DNA from: Nocardioides sp. | GTDB lineage: Bacteria > Actinomycetota > Actinomycetes > Propionibacteriales > Nocardioidaceae | Length of the DNA: 46,656 nt | Direction of reading: 5' to 3' | Assembly: GCA_036741335.1 (NCBI GenBank) | Contig: DAINSL010000002.1 | Location: 1-46,656, forward strand | In this document: in pieces, positions 43,472 through 46,656 of the stretch | How positions within the stretch are numbered: the first letter of the stretch is position 1 | Layout of the letters: each line of letters opens with the position of its first letter | The notes under the pieces: generated by a model | The model's database searches: none | Told to the model about the DNA's origin: nothing | What the model saw: the letters and a program-made list of their open reading frames with translations, nothing else | Translations under genes and position numbers: made by a program

Positions 43472-46405
43472 ATGACCGAGACGGTGAACCCCGCCAAGGG
43501 TGCGACGAAGGGTGCCCAGGCCGCGAAGCGCCTGACCATCGAGCGTGTCTTCTCAACGCCCGGCACGCACCCGTACGACGAGCTCACCTGGGAACGCCGC
43601 GACGTCGTCCAGACCAACTGGAAGACCGGCGAGACCGTCTTCGAGCAGCGCGACGTGGAGTTCCCCGACTTCTGGAGCGTCAACGCCTCCACGATCGTCA
43701 CGACGAAGTACTTCCGCGGCGCGGTCGGCACCGAGGTCCGCGAGTGGAGCCTCAAGCAGCTCATCGACCGCGTGGTGTCGACGTACACCAAGGCGGGCGT
43801 CGACCACGGATATTTTGCCGACGCCGAGTCGGCTCAGATCTTCGACCACGAGCTCACCTGGCTGCTGGTCCACCAGTACTTCTCGTTCAACTCCCCGGTC
43901 TGGTTCAACGTCGGCACCCCGTCGCCGCAGCAGGTCTCGGCCTGCTTCATCCTCAGCGTCGACGACTCGATGGACTCCATCTTGAACTGGTACAAGGAGG
44001 AGGGCTTCATCTTCAAGGGCGGCTCCGGCGCCGGCCTCAACCTCTCCCGCATCCGCTCGTCCAAGGAGCTGCTGAGCAGCGGCGGTACGGCGTCCGGCCC
44101 GGTCTCCTTCATGCGCGGCGCCGACGCCTCGGCCGGCACCATCAAGTCCGGCGGCGCGACGCGTCGTGCGGCCAAGATGGTCGTGCTCGACGTCGACCAC
44201 CCCGACATCGTGGAGTTCGTCGAGACCAAGGCGCGCGAGGAGGACAAGATCCGCGCGCTGCGCGACGCCGGCTTCGACATGGACCTCGGCGGGTCCGACA
44301 TCACCTCGGTCCAGTACCAGAACGCCAACAACTCGGTCCGCGTCAGCGACGAGTTCATGCGCGCGGTCGAGGACGGCACCGAGTTCGGGCTGCGCGCCCG
44401 CAAAACCCACGAGGTGATCGAGACCGTCGACGCCCGCGAGCTGTTCACCAAGATCGCCGAGGCCGCGTGGGAGTGCGCCGACCCCGGCCTGCAGTACGAC
44501 GACACCATCAACGACTGGCACACCAACCCGGAAACGGGGCGGATCACCGCGTCCAACCCGTGCTCGGAATACATGTCGCTCGACAACTCCTCGTGCAACC
44601 TGGCCAGCCTCAACCTGCTGAAGTTCCTCAAGGACGATGACACCTTCGACTCGGCGCTCTTCCAGAGAGCCGTCGAGCTGATCATCACCGCGATGGACAT
44701 CTCGATCTGCTTCGCCGACTTCCCGACCCAGGCGATCGGCGACACCACCCGCGACTACCGCCAGCTCGGCATCGGCTACGCCAACCTCGGCGCGCTGCTG
44801 ATGGCGATGGGTCTGGGCTACGACTCCGACGGCGGCCGGTCCATGGCCGCGACGATCACGTCGCTGATGACCGGCGCGTCGTACAAGAGGAGCGCGGAGC
44901 TGGCCGCGATCGTCGGCCCCTACGCCGGGTACGCCCGCAACGCCGACGCCCACAAGCGGGTGATGCGCAAGCACCAGGCCGCCAACGACACCGTCCGCAC
45001 TCATCGCATCGCCGACGCGCAGGTCGCGCAGTTCGCGACCCAGGCCTGGGCCGACGTGATCGCGCTGGGCGAGACGAACGGCTTCCGCAACGCGCAGGCC
45101 TCGGTGCTCGCCCCGACCGGCACCATCGGCTTCATGATGGACTGCGACACCACCGGCATCGAGCCCGACTTCTCGCTGGTGAAGTTCAAGAAGCTGGTCG
45201 GCGGCGGCTCGATGCAGATCGTCAACCAGACCATCCCGCGTGCCCTTGCGAACCTCGGGTACGACGAGGAGAAGATCGAGGCGATCGTCGCCTTCATCGC
45301 CGAGCACGGCCACGTGATCGACGCACCGGGCCTGAAGACCGAGCACTACGACGTCTTCGACACCGCGATGGGAGCCCGGGCGCTGAAGCCGATGGGCCAC
45401 GTGCGGATGATGGCGGCCGCCCAGCCGTTCCTGTCCGGCGCGATCTCCAAGACGGTCAACCTGCCCGAGACCGCCACGGTCGAGGAGATCGAGGACATCT
45501 ACCTCCAGTCGTGGAAGCTCGGCCTCAAGGCGACCGCGGTCTACCGCGACAACTGCAAGGTCGGCCAGCCGCTGTCCGACGGCAAGAGCGAGTCCTCCAA
45601 GAAGGACCAAGCACGGGCCGGATCTTCTCCGCTGGTTGAGGAGGGCGCCCTAGGCGCCCGTCTCGAAACCAAGGAAGTGATCGTTTATAGGCCGACCCGC
45701 AAGCGCCTGCCGAAGTCCCGCACCTCGCGCACCACGTCGTTCACCGTCGGCGGCGCCGAGGGCTACATGACCTCCGGTGCCCACGACGACGGCGAGCTGG
45801 GCGAGGTGTTCCTCAAGCTCGGCAAGCAGGGCTCGACCCTGGCCGGCGTGATGGACGCCTTCTCGATCGCGGTCTCCATCGGCCTTCAGTACGGCGTGCC
45901 GCTGGAGACGTTCGTCTCGAAGTTCTCCAACCTGTCCTTCGAGCCCAACGGCCTGACCGACGACGCCGACGTGCGGATGTCGAAGTCGATCATGGACTAC
46001 ATCTTCCGCCGCCTCGCCCTGGACTACCTCGACTTCGAGTCCCGCCAGGGCCTGGGCATCTACTCCGCCGACGAGCGCCAGCGCTACCTCGAGACCGGCT
46101 CCTACGAGCCGATCGCGGACGTGGGCAGCGCAGCCGAAGTCATCGGCGATCTCTCCTCTCCCTCGGTCGAGCCTGTCGAGACCATGGATGCCGAGCTGGT
46201 CGAGACCAAGGCCGAGCACGAGGCGATCGACGACCTAGCTCCGAAGCCGGCCCCCAAGGAGGCCCACACCTCCGCCGAGCTCCTGGAGAAGATCACCGGC
46301 ACCGCTGTCGATTCCCCCCTCTGCATGACCTGCGGCACCAAGATGCGCCCCGCCGGCTCCTGCTACGTCTGCGAAGGCTGCGGCAGCACCAGCGGCTGCA
46401 GCTGA
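43472..46405 (+). CDS. nrdJ: Class II (adenosylcobalamin-dependent) ribonucleotide reductase
   Basis: ATG 43472 after GAGGAG; FNSPVWFN, SACFI, RRAAKM, SNPCSE, APTGT, SKTVN, YRD; TSCPD domain and C-terminal Cys ribbon. Confidence 0.97.
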   Translation: MTETVNPAKGATKGAQAAKRLTIERVFSTPGTHPYDELTWERRDVVQTNWKTGETVFEQRDVEFPDFWSVNASTIVTTKYFRGAVGTEVREWSLKQLIDRVVSTYTKAGVDHGYFADAESAQIFDHELTWLLVHQYFSFNSPVWFNVGTPSPQQVSACFILSVDDSMDSILNWYKEEGFIFKGGSGAGLNLSRIRSSKELLSSGGTASGPVSFMRGADASAGTIKSGGATRRAAKMVVLDVDHPDIVEFVETKAREEDKIRALRDAGFDMDLGGSDITSVQYQNANNSVRVSDEFMRAVEDGTEFGLRARKTHEVIETVDARELFTKIAEAAWECADPGLQYDDTINDWHTNPETGRITASNPCSEYMSLDNSSCNLASLNLLKFLKDDDTFDSALFQRAVELIITAMDISICFADFPTQAIGDTTRDYRQLGIGYANLGALLMAMGLGYDSDGGRSMAATITSLMTGASYKRSAELAAIVGPYAGYARNADAHKRVMRKHQAANDTVRTHRIADAQVAQFATQAWADVIALGETNGFRNAQASVLAPTGTIGFMMDCDTTGIEPDFSLVKFKKLVGGGSMQIVNQTIPRALANLGYDEEKIEAIVAFIAEHGHVIDAPGLKTEHYDVFDTAMGARALKPMGHVRMMAAAQPFLSGAISKTVNLPETATVEEIEDIYLQSWKLGLKATAVYRDNCKVGQPLSDGKSESSKKDQARAGSSPLVEEGALGARLETKEVIVYRPTRKRLPKSRTSRTTSFTVGGAEGYMTSGAHDDGELGEVFLKLGKQGSTLAGVMDAFSIAVSIGLQYGVPLETFVSKFSNLSFEPNGLTDDADVRMSKSIMDYIFRRLALDYLDFESRQGLGIYSADERQRYLETGSYEPIADVGSAAEVIGDLSSPSVEPVETMDAELVETKAEHEAIDDLAPKPAPKEAHTSAELLEKITGTAVDSPLCMTCGTKMRPAGSCYVCEGCGSTSGCS
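45630..45671 (+). repeat. Family-A element (long form, 42 bp) in the nrdJ interdomain linker
   Basis: 41/42 identical to 43278-43319; the single difference is in the hairpin loop. Confidence 0.9.
46162..46183 (+). repeat. Family-A element (short form) in the nrdJ C-terminal linker
   Basis: CTCGGTCGAGCCTGTCGAGACC, read as SVEPVET. Confidence 0.7.
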
Positions 46406-46656
46406 TGGCGATGAGAACGGTAGGTATGAGATGCCCGGCGAAGAGCCCCGGCACCGACATTCGGATCCGGTAACCGACAAGACTGAACCGGTGCGCCGCC
46501 CGACCCTGAGCCATGGGGGCCGGGCCTCCGGTGCGTGCAGCTCTGAACGGGATGCACAGACTGCATCCTGGCGGCGGATCGGTCTTCGCTGTGCCTGCTC
46601 GAAATCGTCGGTCTATCACGGCCACACAAGCACAGATGGCCAGGCCTTGCAGGGCC

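Noticed and set aside
46192..46207. Extra family-A copy (GAGCTGGTCGAGACC) in nrdJ
   Set aside because: Explained by ordinary preferred codons for ELVET; the second arm is missing.
43472..46405. Intein or group I intron in nrdJ
   Set aside because: The ORF is continuous and of normal length, with no splicing or homing-endonuclease motifs; only short repeat insertions are present.
46406..46656. Gene or ncRNA after nrdJ (hairpin GGATGCA/TGCATCC at 46550-46568; frame open from 46431 to the window end)
   Set aside because: Codon usage is atypical, no motif is recognisable, and the region is truncated by the window edge.

Overview
High-GC actinobacterial chromosome segment. Gene content and repeats suggest Nocardioidaceae (Nocardioides/Marmoricola-like); this is an inference. 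Two core blocks are joined: pmt-rsmI-tatD-rpfB-rsmA-ispE-ABC-F-tamR/tam-VOC-trx (3.5-14.4 kb) and miaB-miaA-dapF-hflX-dinG-lexA-LysM-nrdR-nrdJ (14.9-46.4 kb). I found no rRNA, tRNA, CRISPR array, integrase or IS transposase. The main candidates for new biology are: (1) a 27.7-35.0 kb accessory island encoding a probable trans-membrane electron conduit (Pro-rich membrane-anchored protein ending SSGS, signal-less ApbE, 4-His heme-b membrane protein, stand-alone NuoF-like flavoprotein, ferredoxin), with its own two-component system, 11-bp-period operator arrays and a broken regulator paralog; (2) a family of small palindromic elements lying in-frame in tam, a gcvT-family gene, dinG, nrdR and nrdJ, including a 42-bp element 41/42 identical between nrdR and nrdJ; (3) a multi-branch structured 5' leader on rpfB with partial c-di-AMP-riboswitch-like motifs; (4) a second palindromic repeat family abutting a DUF559-like nuclease gene; (5) DnaA-like boxes overlapping the NrdR operator, and a lexA/LysM SOS promoter split by a two-gene insert. 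All calls come from reading the sequence by eye; no searches were run.
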